Counted from the stretch's first letter, positions 51,269 through 61,672 are shown. The stretch: 64,000 nucleotides of DNA from an uncultured Gemmatimonadales bacterium (GCA_963707505.1 CAVPQB010000003.1:576001-640000); one strand, 5' to 3'. The notes: a model not told the origin generated them from the letters alone. Made by a program: numbers and translations.

Positions 51269-52935
51269 TAGGTACGCGGAGCCGCATCGCACTCCAGGCG
51301 CTCGTATTCCCTGCCATCGTACTGCTCTCGCTCGCGACTGCTTTCGCGAATGGGTTGGCCAATGGTTTGGCGAATGATTCGCACGGCCAGACGTACGGCA
51401 CTGCCGCACCGCCGTCACACGTGAATCCGGGTCAGCGAAACCGGGCTCCCGTCGTGGTCGCGTCCAAGCCGTTTGGCGAGTCGTATCTGCTGTGCGAGAT
51501 GTTCGCACAGCTCCTGGAAGCGCACGGTATTGCAGTGACACGGCGCCCCGGTCTTGGAGCAACGGAGGTCGCGTTCGGCGCGCTCAGACAAAACGCTATC
51601 GACGTCTATCCCGAATACACAGGAACGGGGTTGATCGCGATCCTGCACGACTCGGTCGCAGATTCGCTCGCTCGGGATCCGCGTGCAGTCTATGAGAAGG
51701 TCTCGCGGACTTTCACGGCGCGTTACGACGTACGATGGCTCCCACCGCTCGGCTTCCAGAATACGTATGCGATAGCTGTCCGTCGTTCCACAGCGGAGCG
51801 ATTCCATCTTCGCACGCTGAGCGACCTGGCCCGCGAGGGTTCGCACCTCGTTGCGGGGTTCACGCCGGATTTCATCGGTCGTAGTGATGGGCTTCCAGGG
51901 CTCGCTCGCGTGTACGGCGTTCGCCTGCGCAACGTCCGCCCGCTCGCACCTGCGGTGAAGTATCGCGCGCTCGCCGATGGAGCTGTCGACGTCGCGGACG
52001 GATACTCCACCGACGGACTGCTCGCACGGTATGACCTGGTCACACTGATGGATGACCGTCATTTCTTTCCGCCGTACGAGGCGGCAGCGCTGGTCAGCCC
52101 GCGACTGGCGCGTGATCGTCCCGATGCTATCGCCGTGCTCACGCTGCTCAGCGGCCGGCTCGATGAAGCGCGAATGCGTCGGCTCAATCAGCGCGTGGAA
52201 GTTGCCGGCGAGGATGTGCATCGCGTAGCATCCGATGCGCTCACCGAGCTCGGCCTCATGAATGCGCGTGTAAGTCCCGCGACATCACTCGCGAGCGATA
52301 CGCACGAGCCTTTCTGGCGCTACATGTGGAATCGCCGTGCGACGATCGGTGCACTCACGCTGCGTCATCTTTTTCTGGTGGTGATTGCGCTCGGCGCTGC
52401 GATCCTGGTCGCCGTCCCACTCGGTCTCGCGCTCGAGCGAGTACGGAGTGCAGCCGAACCTGTCGTGCGCGCACTCGGCGTGATTCAGACAGTGCCGAGC
52501 ATAGCGATGCTGGCTTTCATGATACCGTTGTTCGGGATCGGAACCGTTCCCGCGCTCGTGGCGCTCTGGCTGTATGCGTTGTACCCCATCGCGCGCAACA
52601 CCTATACTGGTGTGCGCGACGCCGATCCCGGAGCCATCGAGGCCGCCGAGGCGCTTGGCACCACGGCAATACAGCGACTGCTGTGGGTTCGCCTCCCGCT
52701 CGCTGCGCCGATAATCATGGCCGGCGTTAGAACCGCAGCGGTGATCACCGTGGGAGCCGCCACCCTCGCCGCATTCATCGGCGCTGGCGGCCTCGGTGAG
52801 CCTATAGTTGCAGGTCTGGCACTCGCCGACACGCGCATGATTCTTTCCGGCGCACTACCCGCCGCCGCGCTCGCACTCGTAGTGGATGGAATGTTGGCAC
52901 TCGTCGAGCGCAGAGTAACGCCCGTCGCCGGATAA
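51265..52935 (+). CDS. glycine betaine/choline ABC transporter, substrate-binding domain fused to permease
   Basis: SKPFGE, IDVYPEYTGT, GFQNTYA, YSTDG and FPPYEA, followed by QTVPSIA and FIGAGGLG. Confidence 0.9.
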   Translation: MIGTRSRIALQALVFPAIVLLSLATAFANGLANGLANDSHGQTYGTAAPPSHVNPGQRNRAPVVVASKPFGESYLLCEMFAQLLEAHGIAVTRRPGLGATEVAFGALRQNAIDVYPEYTGTGLIAILHDSVADSLARDPRAVYEKVSRTFTARYDVRWLPPLGFQNTYAIAVRRSTAERFHLRTLSDLAREGSHLVAGFTPDFIGRSDGLPGLARVYGVRLRNVRPLAPAVKYRALADGAVDVADGYSTDGLLARYDLVTLMDDRHFFPPYEAAALVSPRLARDRPDAIAVLTLLSGRLDEARMRRLNQRVEVAGEDVHRVASDALTELGLMNARVSPATSLASDTHEPFWRYMWNRRATIGALTLRHLFLVVIALGAAILVAVPLGLALERVRSAAEPVVRALGVIQTVPSIAMLAFMIPLFGIGTVPALVALWLYALYPIARNTYTGVRDADPGAIEAAEALGTTAIQRLLWVRLPLAAPIIMAGVRTAAVITVGAATLAAFIGAGGLGEPIVAGLALADTRMILSGALPAAALALVVDGMLALVERRVTPVAG

Positions 52936-52941
52936 TGCCCG

Positions 52942-53416
52942 TCAACCCGCCGCTGAGGTGGCAACCTCACTGCGCGCCCGCCACTCCAGCAGCAGTTGCC
53001 GCATTCCGGCAACGAAGAATGCCTGCACCTCGTCCAGATATTCCAACCGGCCGCGAACGCTCGCCGGCTCCTCCGCGAAGTCTGGAATCGACGCCGCGAC
53101 AAGATCGTGCAGCGCGTCCCATCTCTTCGAGCCTGTATGCCACGATTCCGGCAAAGAAGTCAGGCGCCATCTCGTAATAGTCCTTGCGGTCGCCGGCTCG
53201 GCTGGTCCGCCGAAGCCATCCGTGCCGAAGCAGCAGCCGCGCATCGGTGCTCACGCTGCCCTTGCTGACGCTCAGAGCCTCCGCGATCTCGTCCAGCGTG
53301 CATGGGTCTGGACTCAACAGCAGATGGCCGAACAGGCGTCCGGCTATGCGTGGCAATCCATCAGCCTCCGCCGCCAGTCCGACCTCCTCGATGAACTTTT
53401 CCCGCGCTTCAACCAT
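52942..53416 (-). pseudogene. GbsR/MarR-family regulator with one frameshift near 53125
   Basis: GLPRIAGRLFG, LDEIAEALSVSKGSVS and GDRKDYY; the C-terminus continues in another frame (RGRLEYLDEVQAFF). Confidence 0.75.
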
Positions 53417-53450
53417 GCAATTCCGTGATTCGCTCAAGTTCGTTATGTTT

Positions 53451-53468
53451 GTTCAGTATGTATTGAAC
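53451..53468. promoter_or_regulatory. palindromic operator candidate for the adjacent regulator
   Basis: GTTCAGTA-tg-TATTGAAC (one mismatch) in an AT-rich divergent intergenic region. Confidence 0.5.
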
Positions 53469-53536
53469 GTAAACCTGCCCGACGCTGCGTCAAGCGCGTC
53501 GGGCACAAAACCTCGGTCCGGCGGCCCGAACCAACC

Positions 53537-54160
53537 GTGCAGAATCAAAAAATCGATCTCATAACAGTCAGCCGCGAGTTTGGAGCTGGCGGTAGCGATT
53601 TTGCCAGGGACCTCGGCGAGCGCCTCGGTTGGCCGGTACTCGACCAGGATATCATCCATCGTGTAGCGGAGCGGCTGCACCTCAGGGTCGGAACTGTCGA
53701 ACGACTGGACGAACACCCGCCAAGCTGGCTCGCACGCGTCACCTCGGCGCTGCTCATCACTCCCCCGGAACTGCCCGTGGGAATGGACACGAGCCACCTG
53801 CTACACATGGATTCGGTAGCCGAGGCGGCTCAGAAGGTCCTCGTCGAAGCCGCGGAGAAGCCGCCGCTAATCATTGTGGGGCACAGCGGCCAGAACATCT
53901 TCGCCACTCGCCCCGGTGCCCTGCACGTACGTCTCGTCGCACCGCTGGAAACGCGTGTCGATCGCCTCACCGCGCGGTTCGGCTGGGATCGCAACACCGC
54001 CGCTGAACGCGCGAATCACGTCGACGCCGATCGCGCCGCCTACTCACAGCGCTACTACCACCGCGAATGGCGTGATCCGCTGCTGTACCACGTCGTCATC
54101 GATACCGGCCGAGTGTCGATCGACGAGGCAGTGACAATGATGGAGGCGATGGCGCGGTGA
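53537..54160 (+). CDS. cytidylate kinase-like family protein
   Basis: ITVSREFGAGG, HVRLVAP, YHREWRDPLLYHVVIDT. Confidence 0.8.
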   Translation: MQNQKIDLITVSREFGAGGSDFARDLGERLGWPVLDQDIIHRVAERLHLRVGTVERLDEHPPSWLARVTSALLITPPELPVGMDTSHLLHMDSVAEAAQKVLVEAAEKPPLIIVGHSGQNIFATRPGALHVRLVAPLETRVDRLTARFGWDRNTAAERANHVDADRAAYSQRYYHREWRDPLLYHVVIDTGRVSIDEAVTMMEAMAR

Positions 54161-55740
54161 CTTCAGTACCCGGGGCTCTCGAGGGAGCGGAGCCTGCTGA
54201 AGGGACGCACAAGTGGGTGATCGCCGGCACTGTGATGACGGGCTCCATCATGGCGTCGCTGGATTCCAGCATCGTCAACGTGGCGCTGCCGAACATGAGC
54301 GGCACGCTCGGCGCAACCATCGAAGAAATCACGTGGGTCATCACCGGTTACATCCTGGCCAACGTGATCATCATGCCGATCGTGGCGCTCCTGAGCTCAC
54401 GATTCGGTCGCAAGAATTTCTACATGGCGAGCGTGGTGCTGTTCACTACAGCGTCCATGGCATGTGGGCTCGCACACTCGCTTCTCGTGATGGTCATGTT
54501 CAGGATCATCCAGGGCGTTGGCGGTGGAGTGCTCATCACAGTTTCGCAGGCGATACTGCGCGAATCTTTTCCGCCCGAGGAACAGGGAATTGCGATGGGC
54601 GTGTACGGACTTGGCGTCGTGCTCGCGCCGGCACTCGGCCCCACGCTCGGCGGCTGGCTCACGGATAATTACTCGTGGCCGTGGATCTTCTACATCAATC
54701 TCCCGATCGGGATTCTCAATCTGATCCTTGTCGCGCGCTTCATTCAGGATCCGCCTTATCTCGTTCGCGAAAAGGGAGAGATAGACTTCCTCGGACTCGG
54801 ACTGCTCGTCGCGGGGCTCGGGGCGTTGCAGCTCATGCTGGAAGAGGGCGAGCGCAACCAGTGGTTCGAGTCCGGGTTCATTCTGCGGCTCGCCGCAATC
54901 GCCGCAGTTGGCTTGATGCTCTTCATCTGGCGCGAGATGAAAGCTCACAGGCCCGCGGTCAATCTGCGAATACTCGGTAACATCTCCTTCACTTCCGCGA
55001 CGGCGATCGGTGGCGTGCTGGGACTGGCGCTCAACGGAAGTCTTTTTCTGCTTCCGCTGTTTCTGCAGAATCTGATCGGCTTCGATGCGACGCAATCCGG
55101 AATCGCACTCATGCCGCGCAGCCTGGCGATGGCGCTCCTCATGCCGATCGCCGGACGGTTCTACAACAAGCTGGGTCCGCGCGTCCTGATCGGGTCGGGA
55201 CTCATCATCTGCGCGTACGGTTTCTGGGGACTCTCGGTTCTCACGACGGACGTCGGCTTCTGGGACATCTTCTGGCCGCAGCTCTGGCAGGGAGTTGGCT
55301 TCTCGCTCATCTTCGTTGCGCTCAGCACGGCTGCGCTCGCAACTATCGCCAAACCGCAGATGACACAGGCGACAGGTCTGTACAATGTGGTGCGTCAGGT
55401 GATGGGCAGCGTCGGAATCGCGATCGCCGCGACTCAGCTCACGAGCTCGACTTCACGGTACCACGACGTGCTGTCCGAGAACACGGGAATGTGGAATCCC
55501 GCGACGGTGCGGTTCCTCAGGAACGCAACCGCTGCGATGATTCACGCGGGCGCCGACAAGTTCACGGCCCAGCAACGCGCGCTCGAGCTCCTCGACGCTT
55601 CGGTGACACGACAGGCGACGGTACTCGCCTACAATCATGTCTTCCTTCTCGTAACCGTGCTGTTCGTGCTCGGTCTTCCGTTGGTGCTGTTGCTCAGGCG
55701 CGGAGAGCGGCCGGCCGGATCGGAAGTCCATGTGGACTGA
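54157..55740 (+). CDS. DHA2-family MFS efflux transporter (EmrB/QacA type)
   Basis: LDSSIVNVALP, WVITGY, GPTLGGWLTDNYSWPWIFYINLPIG; 14-TM pattern. Confidence 0.92.
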   Translation: MTSVPGALEGAEPAEGTHKWVIAGTVMTGSIMASLDSSIVNVALPNMSGTLGATIEEITWVITGYILANVIIMPIVALLSSRFGRKNFYMASVVLFTTASMACGLAHSLLVMVMFRIIQGVGGGVLITVSQAILRESFPPEEQGIAMGVYGLGVVLAPALGPTLGGWLTDNYSWPWIFYINLPIGILNLILVARFIQDPPYLVREKGEIDFLGLGLLVAGLGALQLMLEEGERNQWFESGFILRLAAIAAVGLMLFIWREMKAHRPAVNLRILGNISFTSATAIGGVLGLALNGSLFLLPLFLQNLIGFDATQSGIALMPRSLAMALLMPIAGRFYNKLGPRVLIGSGLIICAYGFWGLSVLTTDVGFWDIFWPQLWQGVGFSLIFVALSTAALATIAKPQMTQATGLYNVVRQVMGSVGIAIAATQLTSSTSRYHDVLSENTGMWNPATVRFLRNATAAMIHAGADKFTAQQRALELLDASVTRQATVLAYNHVFLLVTVLFVLGLPLVLLLRRGERPAGSEVHVD

Positions 55741-58700
55741 TTCCGCCGATCGCGTCTGTCGCCTTGCGAATGAAAGCGTCCGGCGTAAACGGCTTCCGAA
55801 GGATCATGACTGGATCGCCCGAAACGCCGCTGGCCATGGCATCGTCAGCGACCCCGGACATGATAACGACCGGCAGATGTGGGTCCTCCTCGCGTAACGC
55901 CGCGGCGACCGCGGCGCCAGTCATTGTCGGCATGACCATGTCGGTGATTACCAGCTTGATGCTGGCGCGGTGCTCTGCGTAAAGCGCAAGAGCTTCTGGA
56001 CCGTCGGTCGCCACGAGCACGGTGTAGCCTGTGGATTCGAGAATGCGCGTCGTTACGTAGCGCACGGCGGCTTCATCATCCGCGAGTAGCACGACTCCCG
56101 CGCCACGCCTGCTGGATGCTGGTTTGTGGGCTTGGTCCAAGCACTTGTCCGCGTCAAAGGTGGACGCCGCGGGTAGATGTATCGTGAAGGTCGTGCCCAC
56201 GCCTTCCGTACTGCTAACGGTGAGACGGCCGCCGGACTGGCTTACGATTCCATGCGCGGTGGAGAGTCCCAATCCGGTTCCCTTGCCGACTTCCTTGGTG
56301 GTAAAGAATGGCTCGAAGATACGAGCCTGAACTTCGCGCGACATACCGCAGCCCGTGTCGCTCACCGAAAGCATGACCTCCCGTGAGCGGTGTGTATCGG
56401 CATCATCAACGCCAATTGCCGATTCCTGCGAAACATTCGCAGTTGTGACGGTGAGCGTTCCGCCATCGGCCATTGCATCCCGCGCGTTGACGACGAGATT
56501 CATCAGTACCTGTTCGACCTGTCCCGTGTCGGCGAAGACCACGTGAAGCTCCGGATCGAGCGACGTCACGATCGTTACCGTGGGCGGAAGCACGCGGCGG
56601 AGCATCTGTTCCGTTTCTCGCACGACTGAGTTGAGGTCGATCAAACTGGGCACCAACACCTGCCGGCGACTGAATGCCAGAAGCTGTCGTACCAGGGCGG
56701 CGGCGCGTGATGCAGCTCCTCTGATCTCCAACAGGTCAGCACGCTTCGGCGCAGTCTCATTGACGTCACCTATGAGCAGCTCCGCGTACGCTGTAATTAC
56801 CGTCAGCAGGTTGTTGAAGTCGTGAGCGATTCCGCCGGCGAACTGTCCTACGGCTTCCATCTTTTGCGCCTGAAGTAGTTGTGCTTCCAGACGCGTGCGT
56901 TCCGTAAGATCGACCGCGAGGGTGACGAAGCCGGCTGGAACTCCCACGGCGTTGTGAATCACCGCAACTGATACATCGACCTTGACACGGCTGCCATCCT
57001 TCCGTGCGACTTCCGTTTCGCGCCCGGAAATTTGCGTGGTTTCAGGTAGAACGTCATGAAGTCGACCTTTACTGACACCGTTCGCATCCACAGCCATCAG
57101 CGGGCATTCCTTACCGACAATTTCGTCAGCGGCCCAGCCGAATAGCCGTTCCGAAGCGCGATTCCATTGCACGACGCGCAGGTCGAGATCGGTCGCTATG
57201 ATTGCAACCGGAGAGCTACCGAGGATTGCGCGAACGAACTGGCTTGATTCACGAAACGCGGCCTCGATTTTGTGCTTCTGGGTCACGTCGTTGATCAGTA
57301 CGAGCCGCGTGGCACGATCTCCGAACGGAAGCGGATGAATTTTAAGATCGACATCGATGGCCGTGCCATCCTTCTTGCGATGGTGGCGCCCCGGAAGATC
57401 CACCGATCCTCGCTGCAGGCGCTCGTCGACCGAAAGGACCTCATGTGCGTATTCCTGCGACCGTACGTCGAAGATCGTCATCTGCAGGAATTCGTCGCGT
57501 GAATATCCGTAGTGCTCGACAGCGGCGTTGTTGACCGCCAGAAAGCGGCTCGTTTCCACATCGAACGCCCACATCGGCATCGGGTTCGTCTCGAACAGGA
57601 GCCGGTACTGCTCTTCCGATGCCTTGAGCGCCTCCTCCGATGCCTTGGCGTCGACGATATCGCGACTGGTTGTGATGACTTCCGTCACCGCTCCGGTTAT
57701 CGGATCACGAACCGCCGTGCCGACTGTCTCGAGCCACACGAAGTGACCATCGGCATGCCTGAACCGATGCTCGGTACGCGCGGCTTCCTTGAGAGAAATG
57801 GCACGATGAATGGCAGTGTGCGTGGTCACTGCGTCGTCATCGTGGCGCAACGCGAATGGGTAGGTGCCCACAACTTCCTGCGGTTCATACCCAAGCACCG
57901 CCTTTACAGCGGGCGATACGTACAACACGCGCCCGTCTGGCGCGAACCGCGCAATGATGTCGGTGGAGTGATCGGCCAGGAGCCGATAGCGCGCCTCGGA
58001 CGCAGCCAGTCCACGAAGATTCTGTGCGCGCTCGCTGTGGCCGCGAGCCAGCACGAGCCAGCTGACGATCGTCAAAATGACGAGGACTGTCGAAATCTCA
58101 TGCACAAGGGTCGCGTCCGCGGCACGGAAGAGCGTCTCCGGATTCGCGCGTCGCACCAGTCCCCATGGTAGCCCGTCGATATGCGCCGCAACCGCGGGAA
58201 CGTGATCGTCCGGCGCTCGCACGATTCCCGGCGCGCCCACAGCTCCGAGCACGAGGGGGCCCGCCTGCGACGACTCCATCGCGTGAACGCGGAAGCCGCT
58301 TCCGTGCTTCGAGAGCGTGTATGCGTATACCGAATCGCCCACGCGGGCGACCAGAGCCGTGTGTTGCGACGTCGGCCCAGGCGGTGCGGCACCAAGCCTG
58401 CTGAGCGACGTGCCATCGAGCGTCGTCGCCATCACCACAGCGCCGATCATCGACGAACGACCGGCGCTCCCTCGACTCGCATCCGCATTCACCAACACCG
58501 GCTGAACGAACACGACGCACAGCTGACTATCGTTCAACGGGAAAGGACCGACCACGATGATCGAATCTTCACCACTCGCGCCTCGCACTGCCGCGACGAC
58601 GACGTCTGGCGGAGTCCTCTGCGAGGCAGAGCCCACCAACGTTCCGGATCGGTTCAGCAACCACAGGTCCGAGAAGGGAGCTCTGGACTGGGCCGATGCC

Positions 58701-59044
58701 TGATCGAGCTGCTTCAGGGCAGTCGCAAGCCTCTGCGTCAGCGCGGAGTCGGCCAGTGGAGGACCCAGCTCTGCTGGTCTGTTGAAGAGCGCTGGGTTGC
58801 GAGCACCGCTTGCGCCAACGATTCGCACTGCAGCTGCGCGCGCGGCGACCCACGCCTGTGCCGAGCCGCTCGAGATTTGTACGAGCGACGACGACCGACG
58901 CGTCCACTCTCCAACGGCTGTCCGATGCAGCTCGTTGCGACGCAGCACCGCCAGTGCGAGAAGAATTGCAACTACTACCGCGCCGGCGAGCGCGCGATAG
59001 GTCACACGAGTGCTAACGATCTTGGACACCCACGTCAGGTACAA
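55694..59044 (-). CDS. membrane-bound multi-PAS hybrid histidine kinase/receiver
   Basis: Two TM helices with a periplasmic domain, three PAS/PAC domains, GIAHDFNNLL, GKGTGLGL, C-terminal receiver (LLADDE, ITDMVMP, KPF). Confidence 0.92.
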   Translation of the reverse strand: MYLTWVSKIVSTRVTYRALAGAVVVAILLALAVLRRNELHRTAVGEWTRRSSSLVQISSGSAQAWVAARAAAVRIVGASGARNPALFNRPAELGPPLADSALTQRLATALKQLDQASAQSRAPFSDLWLLNRSGTLVGSASQRTPPDVVVAAVRGASGEDSIIVVGPFPLNDSQLCVVFVQPVLVNADASRGSAGRSSMIGAVVMATTLDGTSLSRLGAAPPGPTSQHTALVARVGDSVYAYTLSKHGSGFRVHAMESSQAGPLVLGAVGAPGIVRAPDDHVPAVAAHIDGLPWGLVRRANPETLFRAADATLVHEISTVLVILTIVSWLVLARGHSERAQNLRGLAASEARYRLLADHSTDIIARFAPDGRVLYVSPAVKAVLGYEPQEVVGTYPFALRHDDDAVTTHTAIHRAISLKEAARTEHRFRHADGHFVWLETVGTAVRDPITGAVTEVITTSRDIVDAKASEEALKASEEQYRLLFETNPMPMWAFDVETSRFLAVNNAAVEHYGYSRDEFLQMTIFDVRSQEYAHEVLSVDERLQRGSVDLPGRHHRKKDGTAIDVDLKIHPLPFGDRATRLVLINDVTQKHKIEAAFRESSQFVRAILGSSPVAIIATDLDLRVVQWNRASERLFGWAADEIVGKECPLMAVDANGVSKGRLHDVLPETTQISGRETEVARKDGSRVKVDVSVAVIHNAVGVPAGFVTLAVDLTERTRLEAQLLQAQKMEAVGQFAGGIAHDFNNLLTVITAYAELLIGDVNETAPKRADLLEIRGAASRAAALVRQLLAFSRRQVLVPSLIDLNSVVRETEQMLRRVLPPTVTIVTSLDPELHVVFADTGQVEQVLMNLVVNARDAMADGGTLTVTTANVSQESAIGVDDADTHRSREVMLSVSDTGCGMSREVQARIFEPFFTTKEVGKGTGLGLSTAHGIVSQSGGRLTVSSTEGVGTTFTIHLPAASTFDADKCLDQAHKPASSRRGAGVVLLADDEAAVRYVTTRILESTGYTVLVATDGPEALALYAEHRASIKLVITDMVMPTMTGAAVAAALREEDPHLPVVIMSGVADDAMASGVSGDPVMILRKPFTPDAFIRKATDAIGGISPHGLPIRPAALRA

Positions 59045-60227
59045 TCACCACGACCTCCTGATCCAGAAGCGCTCCCGGCATGGAGTAGCGGAGACGCTCC
59101 GTGAGCGCCCGACCGACTTCCTGCCCACGAGCTGCCAGCAGCAACCCATTCGACCCCGTGACGTCGACAGCAAACACCATTCCAGGAATCACCTCGCCCA
59201 ACCGTACGTGTCGCACGTTTACGGGGGTTGTATCGGTCTCGATCGACTTGACAAATGCTCGTAGAACGCGCGGATCGTAAACGTTCGCGCGATCCGACAA
59301 TGCTGCAATCGCAACGCCGGCAGTCATGCCGCTCGCCTCGAGCGCGTCGAGATCCGTCGCGACTTTGAGGATGCGCGCACCGAGCGGAATCTTCTCTCCA
59401 CGCACACCAGGACGCGGAGACTTGGCACCGTCGAATTCAGTGTTCTGGAACGTGAGAATTTGATGTACGCCATCCAGCCTTGGTATTTCCGCAATGAATG
59501 AGGCAGCCATCGCAGGGACACCATCGGCAAGACATTGCTCCTCCTCACTCAACTCTTTCCCGGTGTGCATCCTGTCGACAAGCGCCGCTGGCAACGACAC
59601 GGACCCGAGCCGCGAAAGAAGTGCGGCAATCTCGATCTCCCACTGATTGTCCACCTCCAGCGCGTCGGCAACGCGAGCGACGTATCGCTTGAGTCGCGTC
59701 CCGCGGGCAAACGCGGAGGGATTGACGAGCGTAAGAATATCGATGAGCGCCTTGACCGATCCATGCAGCGTTCGTTCGAGCAAGACACGTTCCGTCATGG
59801 CGAGCCGATGATGCTCGGCGGCAGACGAGACAGCGGCGATCAACGCGCTTGCCCCGCACGGCTTGGTCAGAAACCGGAATACGGCCCCGTCGTTCACCGC
59901 AGCTATGGCACTGTCGATGTTTGCATGCCCGGTCAGTAGAACGCGAACAGTATCCGGAGCCATCTCGCGAACACGCTTGAGCAATGCGATTCCATTCACG
60001 CCAGGCATCGCCAGATCCGATACGATGACTGCGAACGGCGATGCCATGGATTCGTCGATGAGTTTGAGCGCTGAGATCGGGTCCGGAGCAACGTGGACAT
60101 CGAACTTCGCGTGCAATATCCGTTGCATTCCCGCGAGTACAAACTGGTCGTCATCGACACAGAGCACTCTCGGAGCGTTGGACGATGCGCGCCGATCCAG
60201 GCCCTGCGCGGCTGCGACGCTGCTCAT
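59013..60227 (-). CDS. response regulator with degenerate HD-GYP output domain
   Basis: Receiver (VDDD, VSDLAMP, FLTKP). The HD-GYP-like region has LLSRLG where LLHDIG is expected, followed by FDG...GEKIPLGARIL and YDP. Confidence 0.8.
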   Translation of the reverse strand: MSSVAAAQGLDRRASSNAPRVLCVDDDQFVLAGMQRILHAKFDVHVAPDPISALKLIDESMASPFAVIVSDLAMPGVNGIALLKRVREMAPDTVRVLLTGHANIDSAIAAVNDGAVFRFLTKPCGASALIAAVSSAAEHHRLAMTERVLLERTLHGSVKALIDILTLVNPSAFARGTRLKRYVARVADALEVDNQWEIEIAALLSRLGSVSLPAALVDRMHTGKELSEEEQCLADGVPAMAASFIAEIPRLDGVHQILTFQNTEFDGAKSPRPGVRGEKIPLGARILKVATDLDALEASGMTAGVAIAALSDRANVYDPRVLRAFVKSIETDTTPVNVRHVRLGEVIPGMVFAVDVTGSNGLLLAARGQEVGRALTERLRYSMPGALLDQEVVVIVPDVGVQDR

Positions 60228-61414
60228 GATCGCCCCTCGCTCGTATCGAGAACTTCCCGCACCTTCCGGGTCAGGTCGATTGCCGTAAACGGCTTCGGCA
60301 TGAACGCGCGCCGGGCGTCCGGCCCGCGCCTGACGATATCATCCCCGGTATAAAGAGACATGAACAGCACCCGGACGTGCGGATATTCGCGCGCAAGTGC
60401 ATCAGCGAGCTCGCCGCCATTCATCACGGGCATTATGGCGTCGGTAATGACGAGATCGACGTTGCCTGCCCATGCACGGACCGTACTGAGAGCCTCAGCA
60501 CCATTCGCAGCCTCGATGACGGCATAGCCTTCGCTGATGAGCATGCGCGACGCGAGCGAAAGTACGCCTGCGTCGTCCTCGACGACCAGGATGACTTCCT
60601 TCCCTCGTGCGGCCTGCACACCGTCCGTCAGTCCTGGAGTCTCACCCGGTACGGCTTCGGCCATCGGGAGCAGGATATCGAAGACGGTGCCCGTACCTGG
60701 CGTGGTAGCAACGGATATGTAGCCGGACGATTGCCGGATCATCCCGTACACGGTCGCGAGCGCAATCCCCGCTCCGCGAGGTTTTTTTGTCGTGAAGAAA
60801 GGCTCGAACACGCGTGCAAGTGTCGCACTATCCATCCCGCATCCGGTATCGGCAATCGACAGGCGAACGTGAGGCCCGGGCGTTGCCTCGGGATGTTGTC
60901 GTATGTCAGCTTCATCCACGATGTAATTGCGCGTGGTGATTAGCAGTTCGCCGCCGTTGGGCATTGCGTCCCGTGCGTTTGCGACCATGCTCAGGATCGC
61001 ACCTTCGAGCCGCCCGTAATCGACTGAGACGCGGCCGAGATCGCTCGCAAGATCGATCGCGAGATCGATGCCGTCACCAACTTCACGAACGAGCGTTGGC
61101 TGCAGAGCGCCGATGCAGGCATTGAGATCGACGACCGATGGCTCCAGTTCCTGATTTGTCGTGAATGCAACCAGCCGGGTCGTGAGCGCCGCCGCACGCG
61201 ACGACGCATCCCGGATCATGACAGCATCAGCGCGACGTGGGTCATCGTCGTTCAGACTCGTTGTGAGGAAATCCGAACAGCCGTGAATGACAGTAAGAAT
61301 GTTGTTGAGATCGTGCGCGACCTTGCTCGCGAGCCGGCTGACGGCATCCAGCTTCTGCGCCTGGCTGGGTTGAACCTCGCGGTAGCTGGTTTCAGAATCT
61401 ACAGACGTGGGCAT
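60224..61414 (-). CDS. sensor-less hybrid histidine kinase/receiver
   Basis: Begins at QAQKLD...VAHDLNNIL; DTGCGMD, FEPFFTTK, deviant G2 box GAGIAL; receiver VEDD...TDAIMP...KPF. Confidence 0.85.
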   Translation of the reverse strand: MPTSVDSETSYREVQPSQAQKLDAVSRLASKVAHDLNNILTVIHGCSDFLTTSLNDDDPRRADAVMIRDASSRAAALTTRLVAFTTNQELEPSVVDLNACIGALQPTLVREVGDGIDLAIDLASDLGRVSVDYGRLEGAILSMVANARDAMPNGGELLITTRNYIVDEADIRQHPEATPGPHVRLSIADTGCGMDSATLARVFEPFFTTKKPRGAGIALATVYGMIRQSSGYISVATTPGTGTVFDILLPMAEAVPGETPGLTDGVQAARGKEVILVVEDDAGVLSLASRMLISEGYAVIEAANGAEALSTVRAWAGNVDLVITDAIMPVMNGGELADALAREYPHVRVLFMSLYTGDDIVRRGPDARRAFMPKPFTAIDLTRKVREVLDTSEGRS

Positions 61415-61569
61415 TTTGCTACATTTGGCGACGGTGTTACCTGCATCATTCCATGACGCGTAAAGGCAACATGCGTAACCAGATCCACCGCCTTCTCGTG
61501 CTCCTCACTCTCGAGCGCCCGAAAATTCGTACTCCTCGATGGACCGGGCCGCCGGCATCGCCCCGGCCA

Positions 61570-61598
61570 TTGACTGCCGGCAGCGGCCGTTATATGTT
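61570..61598 (+). promoter_or_regulatory. sigma70-type promoter for the met operon
   Basis: TTGACT-N17-TATGTT just upstream of the riboswitch. Confidence 0.55.
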
Positions 61599-61614
61599 CC
61601 GGGCACAATCGAAG

Positions 61615-61665
61615 TTTCGTGGTCATTTGCTGCCTATTGCCGCCACGTAAAACAAAGTGCTAAAA
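61615..61665 (+). ncRNA. SAM-II (SAM-alpha) riboswitch
   Basis: CGTGG-TCATTTG-...-TTGC-CG-CCACG-TAAAACAAAGTGCTAAA. P1 CGTGG/CCACG, pseudoknot CATTTG/CAAAGTG and the GCTAAA tail match the SAM-II pattern; it lies upstream of metX. Confidence 0.8.
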
Positions 61666-61672
61666 CGCAATC

